Origin: an uncultured Lentisphaeraceae bacterium
Lineage (GTDB): Bacteria; Verrucomicrobiota; Kiritimatiellia; RFP12; UBA1067
Direction of reading: 5' to 3'
Length of the DNA: 64,000 nt
Assembly (NCBI GenBank): GCA_964482645.1
Contig: CAYZYQ010000002.1
Location: forward strand, 21,111 to 85,110
In this document: positions 1 to 8,152 of the stretch, piece by piece
Layout: each line of letters starts with the position of its first letter
Position numbering within the stretch: the stretch's first letter is position 1
Translations under genes and position numbers: made by a program
Notes under the pieces: generated by a model
Database searches by the model: none
What the model was told of the DNA's origin: nothing
Seen by the model: the letters and a program-made list of their open reading frames with translations, nothing else

Positions 1-500
1 TCACGCCAGACGATGCCGCGCCGTGTGAGGAACGCACAGATGTCCGCATGGCGAATGTCGAGAAGGGGGCGGATGAACGTGATTGCGCCGACGCGGGAGA
101 TGCGTTTCAGACCTGCCAATCCGTCCGGCCCCGCGCCACGGGCGAGGCGGAGGAGGAACGTTTCGGCTACATCGTCGGCGTGGTGGCCCGTGGCGATGGC
201 ATCGAGCCGGAGGCGGCGGGTCATTGTCTCGAAGAACGCGAGACGGACGCGCCGCGCGGCCATTTCAAGCGATTCACGGGGTTTACGGACGACCTTCGTC
301 CGCAGGGTATGGAAGGGGAGGCCGTAGGTGTCGGCGAGATGTTCGACGAAACGGGCGTCATCGGCGGAATCCGTCCGCAGACCGTGGTCGACGTGGAGGA
401 CGACGGCCTCGAAGTCGAGCGCGGTCTGCTGCTCGGCCAGCAGGACGAGCAGAGCCGTTGAATCGGCGCCGCCCGATACGGCGAGTCCAATCCTACGCAT
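1..500 (-). CDS. tilS: tRNA(Ile)-lysidine synthase, N-terminal part (gene continues past the left edge)
   Basis: Absent from the ORF track because no stop lies in the window. My minus-strand translation from ATG 500-498 reads MRRIGLAVSGGADSTALLVLLAEQQTALDFEAVVLHVDHGLR..., which carries the SGGxDS PP-loop motif typical of TilS. Confidence 0.75.
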   Translation of the reverse strand, partial: MRRIGLAVSGGADSTALLVLLAEQQTALDFEAVVLHVDHGLRTDSADDARFVEHLADTYGLPFHTLRTKVVRKPRESLEMAARRVRLAFFETMTRRLRLDAIATGHHADDVAETFLLRLARGAGPDGLAGLKRISRVGAITFIRPLLDIRHADICAFLTRRGIVWR

Positions 501-542
501 GGAGAATGCCTTTCGTATTCATCGTTCTCGGGGTAACGGGCG

Positions 543-1439
543 TCAGAACCGGCAACGGAGGCCGAGCGCGAGGATGGTCAGATCGCGGCGGTAGTTGGCG
601 GCGGTTTGCGCCTTGGCCTTGTCGCGGAGGCGTTCGTCCGTGAGGTCGAACTGGTGGACGTTCGCGTAGAACGTCACGTTGTCCGACGCCTTCCACGCGA
701 GTTCAAGGATGAGGTTGAGCGCCATGAGGCCGCTGTGGTAGCTGCCGCCGTCGAGACGTTCCCCGTAGCGGCGGATGAAGAGCCGTTCGTCGCCGTGTTC
801 GGCATGGAACGTGGGTGTGAAGGTGAGGGTGTCCGTCAGATGGAACGTGTGTTTGACGCCCACGCGCGCGTAGAACCAGTCGTTGGGATGGATGCCGCGA
901 CGGAAGAGGTAGAAGGGCGTGAGATACGGGTTGTCGAGCGACTGTTGGAGGCGGTATTCGTGGATGGAGGCGTTCGTCTTGTTTTCGCGGTAGGCGTGCC
1001 GGTATCCTTCCAGCGTAATCCAGTCCATGAGCGCGTCCGTCGTGACGCCCCAGCCCTCCCAGGCCGCATGGTCCTGGCCGAAGTCCCACGTGTACGTCCA
1101 GAACAGACCGTAGTCCATCTCGTTCAACGGGCGGCGGTAGACCGTGCGGCGTTTGCGGGTGAGCGAACTCGATGTGAAATTCCAGAATCCGATTTTCCCG
1201 AACCCGCCGATCTCCTTCGTGTTCCAGCCCACGCGCGTCGTCGTCATGAAGACGGGACGGTTCTCGACGATTTTGCCACGGGAGTGGTAGGCCGAGCGGA
1301 ACGACGGATCGAATGAGACGTCGAACGGGTCGAGTGCGCCGCCTTGCGCGGTAGCGGCCATCAACGCCAGCCCGACCAATCCGGCGAACATTCCGCGCCC
1401 ATACGCCCGCCACTTGTTGTTTTTACGTGTTGTCACCAT
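543..1439 (-). CDS. hypothetical exported protein, possibly an outer-membrane beta-barrel
   Basis: Part of ORF 543..1556; start moved to internal ATG 1439. The N-terminus MVTTRKNNKWRAYGRGMFAGLVGLALMAATAQG looks like a signal peptide. The C-terminus ...LGLRCRF ends in Phe, like an OMP beta-signal. No family recognised. Confidence 0.5.
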   Translation of the reverse strand: MVTTRKNNKWRAYGRGMFAGLVGLALMAATAQGGALDPFDVSFDPSFRSAYHSRGKIVENRPVFMTTTRVGWNTKEIGGFGKIGFWNFTSSSLTRKRRTVYRRPLNEMDYGLFWTYTWDFGQDHAAWEGWGVTTDALMDWITLEGYRHAYRENKTNASIHEYRLQQSLDNPYLTPFYLFRRGIHPNDWFYARVGVKHTFHLTDTLTFTPTFHAEHGDERLFIRRYGERLDGGSYHSGLMALNLILELAWKASDNVTFYANVHQFDLTDERLRDKAKAQTAANYRRDLTILALGLRCRF

Positions 1440-1509
1440 CGGTTTCCTTGTGAAGGACAAATTATAGCATACCTTTTGCCTCTTTCCGTCCGCCCGGCGA
1501 ACCGTTTTT

Positions 1510-1518
1510 TGATATACT
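1510..1518 (+). promoter_or_regulatory. extended -10 promoter element TGaTATACT, 8 nt upstream of ATG 1527 (leaderless or near-leaderless mRNA)
   Basis: The sequence ttttTGaTATACTatgcgctcATG was read directly. The same architecture recurs at 34067, 42108, 47698 and 63141. Confidence 0.45.
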
Positions 1519-1526
1519 ATGCGCTC

Positions 1527-2801
1527 ATGAACGCATTGGCAGAGCAGTTGAATCACGCGCTGGGTCCTGTTGCGGACATGTTGTCCCCGGCCGGACGGCG
1601 TATGTACTTTCCCTACGGGGGCATTCTAGGACAGGGTGCTGAAGCGAAGACGTGCGAGATTAACGCGACGATCGGCATGGCTTTCGAGGAGGACGGATCG
1701 CCGCTCGTGATGGACTGCTACGCCAGTCAGATCAATCTCGACCGCAAGACATTCCTTTATGCGGGATCGTTCGGCCTTCCGAAATTGCGCGAGGAGTGGA
1801 AGCGTCTGCAAATTGAAAAGAACCCCTCGCTCAAGGGCGTCGAGTATTCGCTTCCCGTCGTCACGAACGCGCTGACGCACGGTCTGCGCCTGGCGGCCGA
1901 ATTGTTCGCCGGGCCGGGCGACGAGGTGGTCGTGCCGGATCTTTACTGGGATAACTACGCGCTCGTCTTCGAGGAGGCGTGTGGGGCGCGTCTCCGTACG
2001 TTCAACACGTTTGCGAAAGGTGCGTTCGATGCGGCGGCGCTGAAGAAGGCGCTGATGGAAGGAGCGGAGAAGCAGATTCTCGTCCTTAACTTCCCGAACA
2101 ACCCGACGGGCTACACGGCCACGTTCGCCGATGCGCGGAAGATCGTTTCCGCCGTCAAGGCGGCCGCGTCCGCCGGGCACAAAATCGTCGTGGTGCTGGA
2201 CGACGCCTATTTCGGTCTCGTCTACGAAGAGGGCGTCCACGGCGAATCGCTCTTCGCGGAATTTGCCCGCCTCCACAAGAACGTCCTCGCCGTCAAGCTC
2301 GATGGCACGACGAAGGAGGACTATGTGTGGGGGTTGCGCGTCGGGTTTGTTTCGTTCGCGTTCAAGGGTGCGACGCCTGACCAGCTCAAGGCCCTTGCGG
2401 CCAAGGCGGCCGGCAACGTCCGCAGCGGCGTCTCGAACATTTCGGCGCTCGGCCAGCACGTGGCGCTCGCGGCCATCGGCGCGAAGGACTACGCGAAGCA
2501 GAAACGCCAGAAGTACAATGTGCTGAAGAAACGCTATGGCGTCATTCGCAAACTGCTCGCGAAACATCCGGAGTACGCGAAACGCTTTGAGGTGATGCCG
2601 TTCAATAGCGGCTATTTCATGTGCGTCCGGCCGATCGGCGTGGAGGCCGAGGCTGTCCGCCGCCGCCTCATTGAGACGTATTCGACGGGTACGATCGTCC
2701 TTTCGGGTCTCATCCGCCTTGCGTTTTCCACGACGCCCGTGGCGAAGATTCCGAAACTTTTCGCGAACGTTGCGGCGGCGATTGCCGACTTGCAGAAGTG
2801 A
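1527..2801 (+). CDS. PLP-dependent aminotransferase, class I/II
   Basis: Internal ATG of ORF 1344..2801. Contains LNFPNNPTGY, VVLDDAYFGLVYE and a KEDYVWGLRVGF-type Lys region typical of fold-type I aminotransferases. Its stop overlaps the ispF start. Confidence 0.75.
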   Translation: MNALAEQLNHALGPVADMLSPAGRRMYFPYGGILGQGAEAKTCEINATIGMAFEEDGSPLVMDCYASQINLDRKTFLYAGSFGLPKLREEWKRLQIEKNPSLKGVEYSLPVVTNALTHGLRLAAELFAGPGDEVVVPDLYWDNYALVFEEACGARLRTFNTFAKGAFDAAALKKALMEGAEKQILVLNFPNNPTGYTATFADARKIVSAVKAAASAGHKIVVVLDDAYFGLVYEEGVHGESLFAEFARLHKNVLAVKLDGTTKEDYVWGLRVGFVSFAFKGATPDQLKALAAKAAGNVRSGVSNISALGQHVALAAIGAKDYAKQKRQKYNVLKKRYGVIRKLLAKHPEYAKRFEVMPFNSGYFMCVRPIGVEAEAVRRRLIETYSTGTIVLSGLIRLAFSTTPVAKIPKLFANVAAAIADLQK

Positions 2802-3268
2802 TGCGTGTCGGGTTCGGCTACGATTCCCATCGGTTCGCGGACGGGCGACCGCTCGTCCTCGGTGGCGTGGCGATTCCCGACGCGCCGGGATTGAAGGGCC
2901 ATTCCGACGCAGACGTTCTCGCCCACGCCGTCATTGATGCGCTGCTGGGCGCGGCGGCGCGGGGTGACATCGGATCGCATTTTCCGGATACGGACGAGGC
3001 GTGGCGCGGTGCCGATTCGATGCAAATGCTGGCCGCCGTCGTCGCAGAACTCCATGCGGCGGGATATGCCGTGGGGAACGTGGATGCCACGGTCATCTGC
3101 GAACGGCCGCGTCTTCGTCCGTTCGTCGACGCCATCCGCGCCCGTCTGGCCACCGTGCTGGGTTGTCCCATCGAGGCGGTATCCGTAAAGGGCAAGACGA
3201 ACGAGCAGATGGATGACGTGGGTGCGGGGCGCGGGATTGAAGTTCACTGCGTGGCGTTGCTGACATGA
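2798..3268 (+). CDS. ispF: 2-C-methyl-D-erythritol 2,4-cyclodiphosphate synthase
   Basis: MRVGFGYDSHRF...GHSDADVLAHAVIDALLGAAARGDIGSHFPDTD...VICERPRL is the canonical IspF sequence pattern. The start is GTG 2798 or ATG 2801. Confidence 0.9.
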   Translation: MMRVGFGYDSHRFADGRPLVLGGVAIPDAPGLKGHSDADVLAHAVIDALLGAAARGDIGSHFPDTDEAWRGADSMQMLAAVVAELHAAGYAVGNVDATVICERPRLRPFVDAIRARLATVLGCPIEAVSVKGKTNEQMDDVGAGRGIEVHCVALLT

Positions 3269-3561
3269 ACGGATGGGCGATCGTCGAACGCGACGGCGTG
3301 AAAGCCACCGTGGCGCGGACGTTTCTTCAGCGCGTGCGCGGATTGATCGGTCGTCCGCCGCCACCGCCTGGTACGGGTTTGCTGATTCTCCGGTGTAATT
3401 GCATTCATACGTTTTTCATGGCGTATCCCATCGACGCGACGTTCTACGACCGCCACGGTCGCGTGGTGAAAATCGTGCGTAACATCCGTCCGTGGCGTCC
3501 GTGGGTCTGGGGCGGCTGGCGGGCTGTCAGCGTCCTTGAAACGGCCGCCGCGTCCGAATGA
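3265..3561 (+). CDS. DUF192 domain protein
   Basis: 98 aa. The FLQRVRGLIGRPPPPPGTGLLILRCNCIHTFFMAYPIDATFYD pattern matches DUF192 (COG1430-like). There is an ATGA overlap with the ispF stop. Confidence 0.6.
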   Translation: MNGWAIVERDGVKATVARTFLQRVRGLIGRPPPPPGTGLLILRCNCIHTFFMAYPIDATFYDRHGRVVKIVRNIRPWRPWVWGGWRAVSVLETAAASE

Positions 3562-3580
3562 ATGGTTGGATGGTCTCACA

Positions 3581-3592
3581 GGGGGGGGGGGG
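3581..3592. repeat. G12 homopolymer in the DUF192-purH intergenic region
   Basis: Twelve consecutive G read at 3581-3592. Confidence 0.95.
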
Positions 3593-3723
3593 CGTGATTA
3601 AAATTGGGCACGTGCTAGGAGGAGGATCGCTTCTTCGATCATGAAATTGGGAAGGTTACGGTGGATGAAACAGTGCTTTCATCCCTATTTTAGTTCCGGG
3701 TGGATGTGCTCTCTCGGTGGATG

Positions 3724-3732
3724 TGGTATAAT
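3724..3732 (+). promoter_or_regulatory. extended -10 element TGgTATAAT upstream of purH
   Basis: ggatgTGgTATAATtcc was read directly. It lies 55 nt upstream of ATG 3788. Confidence 0.4.
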
Positions 3733-3787
3733 TCCATTCTACCCATTTGATGCGGCCGTTGCCGCAAACGAGAAGGAACAGAGACCC

Positions 3788-5089
3788 ATGATGAAAGACC
3801 TGAAAGCCGCCTATCGTACCATCGAATCCGACCACTTCGCGCCGGCGATGGAAATTTCGTTCATCGACGGGGAATCCCGTCAGACGCTCCGTTACGAAAA
3901 AGTGACGTGGAACATCGGCGGTGAGGAAAAGGGGCTTCGCTATGGCGAAAACCCTGGTCAAGAAGCCGCGCTCTACAAACTCGTGAACGGCAACTTGGCG
4001 TTGGGCGATGTGGAACTGCTCGGCCCGAACCAGCCGCTCGCCTCGGTGCCCGAACTCCTCCAGAGCGGCAAGCACCCTGGCAAAACGAACGTGACGGATG
4101 CGGACAACGCGCTGAACATCCTCCGCTACTTGATGGACAAGCCGACGGCCGTTATCGTCAAGCACAACAACCCCTGCGGCGTTGCCACGGGCACGACGTT
4201 GGCGGAGGCCTATTTCCGCGCGAACAAAGCCGACCGCCTCGCGGCGTTCGGCGGTTGCATCGCCCTGAATCGCGACTGTGACCTTGAAACGGCGAAATTG
4301 ATTCTCGAAAACTACGCCGAAGTCGTTGTGGCACCCGACTTCAAGCCGGGTGTGATGGATCTCTTCGCCACGAAGAAGAATCTCCGCGTCTTCCGTATTC
4401 GCAACATGCAGCGTCTGGCCGACTACGTGGCGAAACACGTGATCGAGTTCAAGAGCCTTGTCGACGGCGGCCTCGTGGCGCAGACCTCGTTCTGCGCGAA
4501 CGCCCGCCGGCCCGAAGACTTGATGCCCGCCTACTGCAATCGCAAGATCGTGGACAAGGCGACGGGGGAAACGACGTATCGGGAATACAAAATCAAGCGT
4601 TTGCCGACGGCGAAGGAATACGAAGATCTCGTATTCGGTTGGCTTGTCGAGGCCGGTGTGACGTCGAACAGCGTCCTTTACGTCAAGGATGGCGCGACGG
4701 TGGGCATCGGCACGGGTGAACAGGATCGCGTGGGCGTTGCCGAAATCGCGCGTGACAAGGCGTACACGAAACACGCGGACTGGATTGCGTGGGAAACGTA
4801 CGGCAAGCCGTTCAACGATCTGAAGTTGGCGTTTGGCGAAACGGACGGCACGAAGAAGCAGGCTGAAATCATGGAACAGACCCGCGCCGAGAAAGGCGGA
4901 TTGCCGGGTTGCGCGATGGTGTCGGATGCGTTCTTCCCCTTCCGCGACGGTGCGGAGGTGGGCATTCGCGAGGGGATCACGTCGATCGTCCAGCCTGGCG
5001 GCGCCATCCGCGACTGGGATGTGATCGACTGCTGCAACGACGCGAACGTGGCCATGGTCTTCACCGGCCAGCGCTCTTTCCGTCACTGA
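3788..5089 (+). CDS. purH: AICAR formyltransferase (PurH AICARFT domain only; no N-terminal IMP cyclohydrolase/MGS domain)
   Basis: Internal ATG of ORF 3641..5089. Contains LRYGENPGQEAALY, VKHNNPCGVA and SDAFFPFRDG...QPGGAIRD...FTGQRSFRH, the hallmark AICARFT blocks. RYGENP sits only about 50 aa from the start. Confidence 0.8.
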   Translation: MMKDLKAAYRTIESDHFAPAMEISFIDGESRQTLRYEKVTWNIGGEEKGLRYGENPGQEAALYKLVNGNLALGDVELLGPNQPLASVPELLQSGKHPGKTNVTDADNALNILRYLMDKPTAVIVKHNNPCGVATGTTLAEAYFRANKADRLAAFGGCIALNRDCDLETAKLILENYAEVVVAPDFKPGVMDLFATKKNLRVFRIRNMQRLADYVAKHVIEFKSLVDGGLVAQTSFCANARRPEDLMPAYCNRKIVDKATGETTYREYKIKRLPTAKEYEDLVFGWLVEAGVTSNSVLYVKDGATVGIGTGEQDRVGVAEIARDKAYTKHADWIAWETYGKPFNDLKLAFGETDGTKKQAEIMEQTRAEKGGLPGCAMVSDAFFPFRDGAEVGIREGITSIVQPGGAIRDWDVIDCCNDANVAMVFTGQRSFRH

Positions 5090-5152
5090 GGCGCGTGAGG
5101 TGATAGGTGAGTGGTCGAGTTGGCGATTGTGAATTGACGAAGGCCGACTGAG

Positions 5153-6079
5153 ATGAAGGTCGTGTCGCTATTCAGCGGAGCCGGCGGACTGGATCTGGGC
5201 TTTCAGTGGGCGGGGCATGAGGTCGTATGGGCGAACGACCTCTATGTCGACGCCGTGGCGTCGTATCGCGCCAATGTGGGCGGCCACATTGTCTGTAAAG
5301 ACATTGCCGAGATTCCAAGCTCGGACATTCCGGACGGCGACATTGTTATTGGCGGATTCCCCTGTCAGGGATTCTCGGTCGCCAATACAAAGCGGCACGA
5401 ATCTGATTCGCGCAACAAACTCTACCTTCAGCTCCTCCGTGTCGTGAAGGACAAACGGCCCCGCTTCTTCCTTGCGGAAAACGTGAAGGGAATTCTGCAT
5501 TTTGCCGGCGGTAAAGTGTACGAGCAGATTGTGGCGGACATGAAAGCGCTTGGTTATCATGTCAAGAGCCGTTTGTTCAATGTTGCAGACTATGGTGTTC
5601 CGCAAAGGCGCGAGCGTGTCATTTTCGTCGGTGTGCGAGACGACGTGGCGTTTGAGTACGAGTTTCCAACTGCGACGCACGATAAGCACGGCGACAATGG
5701 ACTTCCGCAATGGATTGGGGTGGGGGAAGCGTTGGCGCAGATTGCCGATCCCGACGGACAAAACGATTTGCCCAACCACGTCTATTCAAAGTACAAGCTC
5801 AATTTCAACGGTTACATCGGCCATCGTCCGCTCGATCCTGCCAAGCCCGCACCGACGGTGACGGCGCGTGGGGACGACAAGGGGGGCGTGGTGATTCTGC
5901 CGCATCCAAACGGGTTGCGACGGATGACGGGGCGTGAACTTGCGACCGTGCAGAGTTTTCCGTTGGATTTCGAGTTCAAGGGACCGTTGTCGTCCGTCTA
6001 TCGCCAAATTGGGAATGCCGTTCCGCCTAGATTCGCCGAGGCGCTGGCGAGACAGTTCAACGGGTTTGACGAGAATTAG
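5153..6079 (+). CDS. DNA (cytosine-5)-methyltransferase (M1)
   Basis: Motif I FSGAGGLDLGF, motif IV GGFPCQGFS, motif VI ENVKGIL, motif VIII QRRERVIFVG, motif IX TGRELATVQSFP, motif X GNAVPP. Confidence 0.9.
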   Translation: MKVVSLFSGAGGLDLGFQWAGHEVVWANDLYVDAVASYRANVGGHIVCKDIAEIPSSDIPDGDIVIGGFPCQGFSVANTKRHESDSRNKLYLQLLRVVKDKRPRFFLAENVKGILHFAGGKVYEQIVADMKALGYHVKSRLFNVADYGVPQRRERVIFVGVRDDVAFEYEFPTATHDKHGDNGLPQWIGVGEALAQIADPDGQNDLPNHVYSKYKLNFNGYIGHRPLDPAKPAPTVTARGDDKGGVVILPHPNGLRRMTGRELATVQSFPLDFEFKGPLSSVYRQIGNAVPPRFAEALARQFNGFDEN

Positions 6080-6101
6080 TAGAAAACATTGGAGAAGGCA
6101 G

Positions 6102-7094
6102 ATGCGATATCTTTTCAAAAGATGTGGGCACCAGGAACTGGGTAGTATGGATGCCGATATGCGTCCGAAACGCGGACAGTATCTGCTGATGAAGATGACG
6201 CCGGAGGTGTTGTCGTTCTTTCCGCCACTTTCCATTACGCAGAAGAACGACTATCGGCTTGTTCCGTTTTTCCCGCTTTATTCTAGGACGAAGGTCTATT
6301 GCCGCTTTGTCTACCACAACGATAAGTTTCATGAGTCCACTGCGACGCAGCCACGAAACGAGTACCGTCTTTATCTGAACAGGGAAGTGCAGGGCGGCGA
6401 GTTGCGGTTTGTTGAGGGCGGGATTGTCGTGTTCCGTCTCGTGGACGAATCTGATTTCAACAGAGGAATGTTCCTTGATTACGCGGGCCCACAGGACGGG
6501 GAGCTTTACAGGGTATATGATGAACGACTACGAGCGGGCAGGCTTGATTCCGTAGGGAATTACGGTGTGTGTGACGGAGCGCTCAAGGATTTTGAATGTC
6601 GTGTCGCAAACGTCTCTAGCGAAACTTCAGATGTCGTGGTCTCGGAGACAGACATTGAGTACATCTCCAAGAACAGGGACGACGAGGCGGCGTTGTTCAA
6701 CGAAGTTTCGTTTCGTGATTTTGTGATGGTTGGCTACCGGAGGAAGTGCGCCGTCACGGGAACATCCATTGAACATGGTTCGTTGTGTAATCTTGAAACC
6801 GCCCATATCCATCCAAAGGCGCATGGTGGTACTTTCCTGCCGAGTAACGGGATGATGCTTTGCCGTGATTTCCACTGGGCGTTTGACCATGGCTTCTTTA
6901 CCCTTTCGGACGATTTGGTAGTCATCGTTTCAAAGAAGGTTTCAAGCGAAATGCTTGCTCCATACGACGGCAAGCGAATTTTTGTCCCTTCCAATCCATT
7001 TTTCCGTCCTGACATTGCAAGCGTGAGATGGCATCGCGAACATGTGTTTGAGTGCTTCGGGCAGATTCGGGCAATGAAAGTGGAACGCACATGA
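6102..7094 (+). CDS. HNH-family nuclease, putative restriction endonuclease with an N-terminal DNA-recognition-like domain
   Basis: ATG 6102 is preceded by GGAGAAGG, inside ORF 5934..7094. The C-terminal CAVTGTS...LETAHIHPKAHGG...NGMMLCRDFHWAFDHGFF is an HNH (HNH_2-like) motif. The gene sits between methyltransferase genes, and its stop overlaps the M2 start (ATGA). Confidence 0.75.
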   Translation: MRYLFKRCGHQELGSMDADMRPKRGQYLLMKMTPEVLSFFPPLSITQKNDYRLVPFFPLYSRTKVYCRFVYHNDKFHESTATQPRNEYRLYLNREVQGGELRFVEGGIVVFRLVDESDFNRGMFLDYAGPQDGELYRVYDERLRAGRLDSVGNYGVCDGALKDFECRVANVSSETSDVVVSETDIEYISKNRDDEAALFNEVSFRDFVMVGYRRKCAVTGTSIEHGSLCNLETAHIHPKAHGGTFLPSNGMMLCRDFHWAFDHGFFTLSDDLVVIVSKKVSSEMLAPYDGKRIFVPSNPFFRPDIASVRWHREHVFECFGQIRAMKVERT

Positions 7095-8152
7095 ACGTAA
7101 TTGATCTGTTTTCCGGATGCGGCGGGTTGTCCAAGGGATTCATGGATGCCGGATGCAGAGTGCTGCTTGGAGCGGATGTCGATCAGGCTGCTCTTGATTC
7201 GTTTGAAAAAAACCATCCGGGTTCGATTGGTCTTAGGAGAAGTCTTGCCGAAGAGGCAACGTTCGATAGAATGCGCGAAATCATCGGCGACAGAAAAGTG
7301 GATTTGATTGTCGGCGGACCGCCGTGCCAGGGTTTTTCACTTACCGGCCCGAGAAACTTCGATGATGAGCGCAACAAGCTGTATCTGTCGTATATCAAGG
7401 CCGTCGAGATGTTCAGACCGAAGGGATTTCTCATCGAAAACGTTCCTGGCATGGCAACGTTGTACAAAGGTATGGTAAAAGATGAAATCTTGAAACGGTT
7501 TACGAGGCTTGGCTACAATATTGATTGCAGAATTTTGTGCGCTGCAGACTATGGCGTACCTCAGACTCGCCGCCGTCTTGTATTCATTGGTGTTCGCAAA
7601 GAACTTAATGCCGTCTCGTTTCCGCGGCCTCTTCTTGAGCCGAGCGAATACGTCACGAGCCGCGAGGCCATCGATGACCTCCCGCCATTAACTGATTGTC
7701 TCGGTGAGGAAGTTTCGCGATACGACCGTCCGCCGCGGACGCAATACCAAAAACTCATGCGCGGCAGTTGTACGATACTGTCGAATCACACCGCAACCGC
7801 GCACAAGGATTTCGTCAAGGAAGTGATTGCCCAAGTCCCAGAGGGCGGAAATTACAAAGACCTCCCAAAAGGAGTTGGCGAACATAGGCGGTTTCATATG
7901 GCTTGGACAAGATGTGACGGACACAAGCCATCTCGCACGATTGATACAGGGCATCGCAATTATTTCCACTACGAATATAATCGGATTCCGACCGTTCGCG
8001 AATGCGCCAGACTACAGTCGTTTCCAGATGACTTTGTCTTCATCGGCACACGGACGCAACAGTATCGACAGGTTGGTAACGCGGTTCCACCTTTGCTGGG
8101 ATTCGTCCTTGCAAAACATCTGATGGGACTCGTGGAGGGGCGGAATGCCTAA
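7091..8152 (+). CDS. DNA (cytosine-5)-methyltransferase (M2)
   Basis: FSGCGGLSKGF, GGPPCQGFS, ENVPGM, QTRRRLVFIG, TVRECARLQSFPDDF, GNAVPP. Start is ATG 7091 inside ORF 7052..8152. Confidence 0.9.
   Translation: MNVIDLFSGCGGLSKGFMDAGCRVLLGADVDQAALDSFEKNHPGSIGLRRSLAEEATFDRMREIIGDRKVDLIVGGPPCQGFSLTGPRNFDDERNKLYLSYIKAVEMFRPKGFLIENVPGMATLYKGMVKDEILKRFTRLGYNIDCRILCAADYGVPQTRRRLVFIGVRKELNAVSFPRPLLEPSEYVTSREAIDDLPPLTDCLGEEVSRYDRPPRTQYQKLMRGSCTILSNHTATAHKDFVKEVIAQVPEGGNYKDLPKGVGEHRRFHMAWTRCDGHKPSRTIDTGHRNYFHYEYNRIPTVRECARLQSFPDDFVFIGTRTQQYRQVGNAVPPLLGFVLAKHLMGLVEGRNA

Noticed and set aside
5934-6101. The upstream 56 codons of ORF 5934..7094, which overlap the 3' end of M1.
   Set aside because: This part has an Arg/Ser-rich, non-coding-like composition and overlaps a well-supported gene. 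ATG 6102 has a proper GGAGAAGG RBS.
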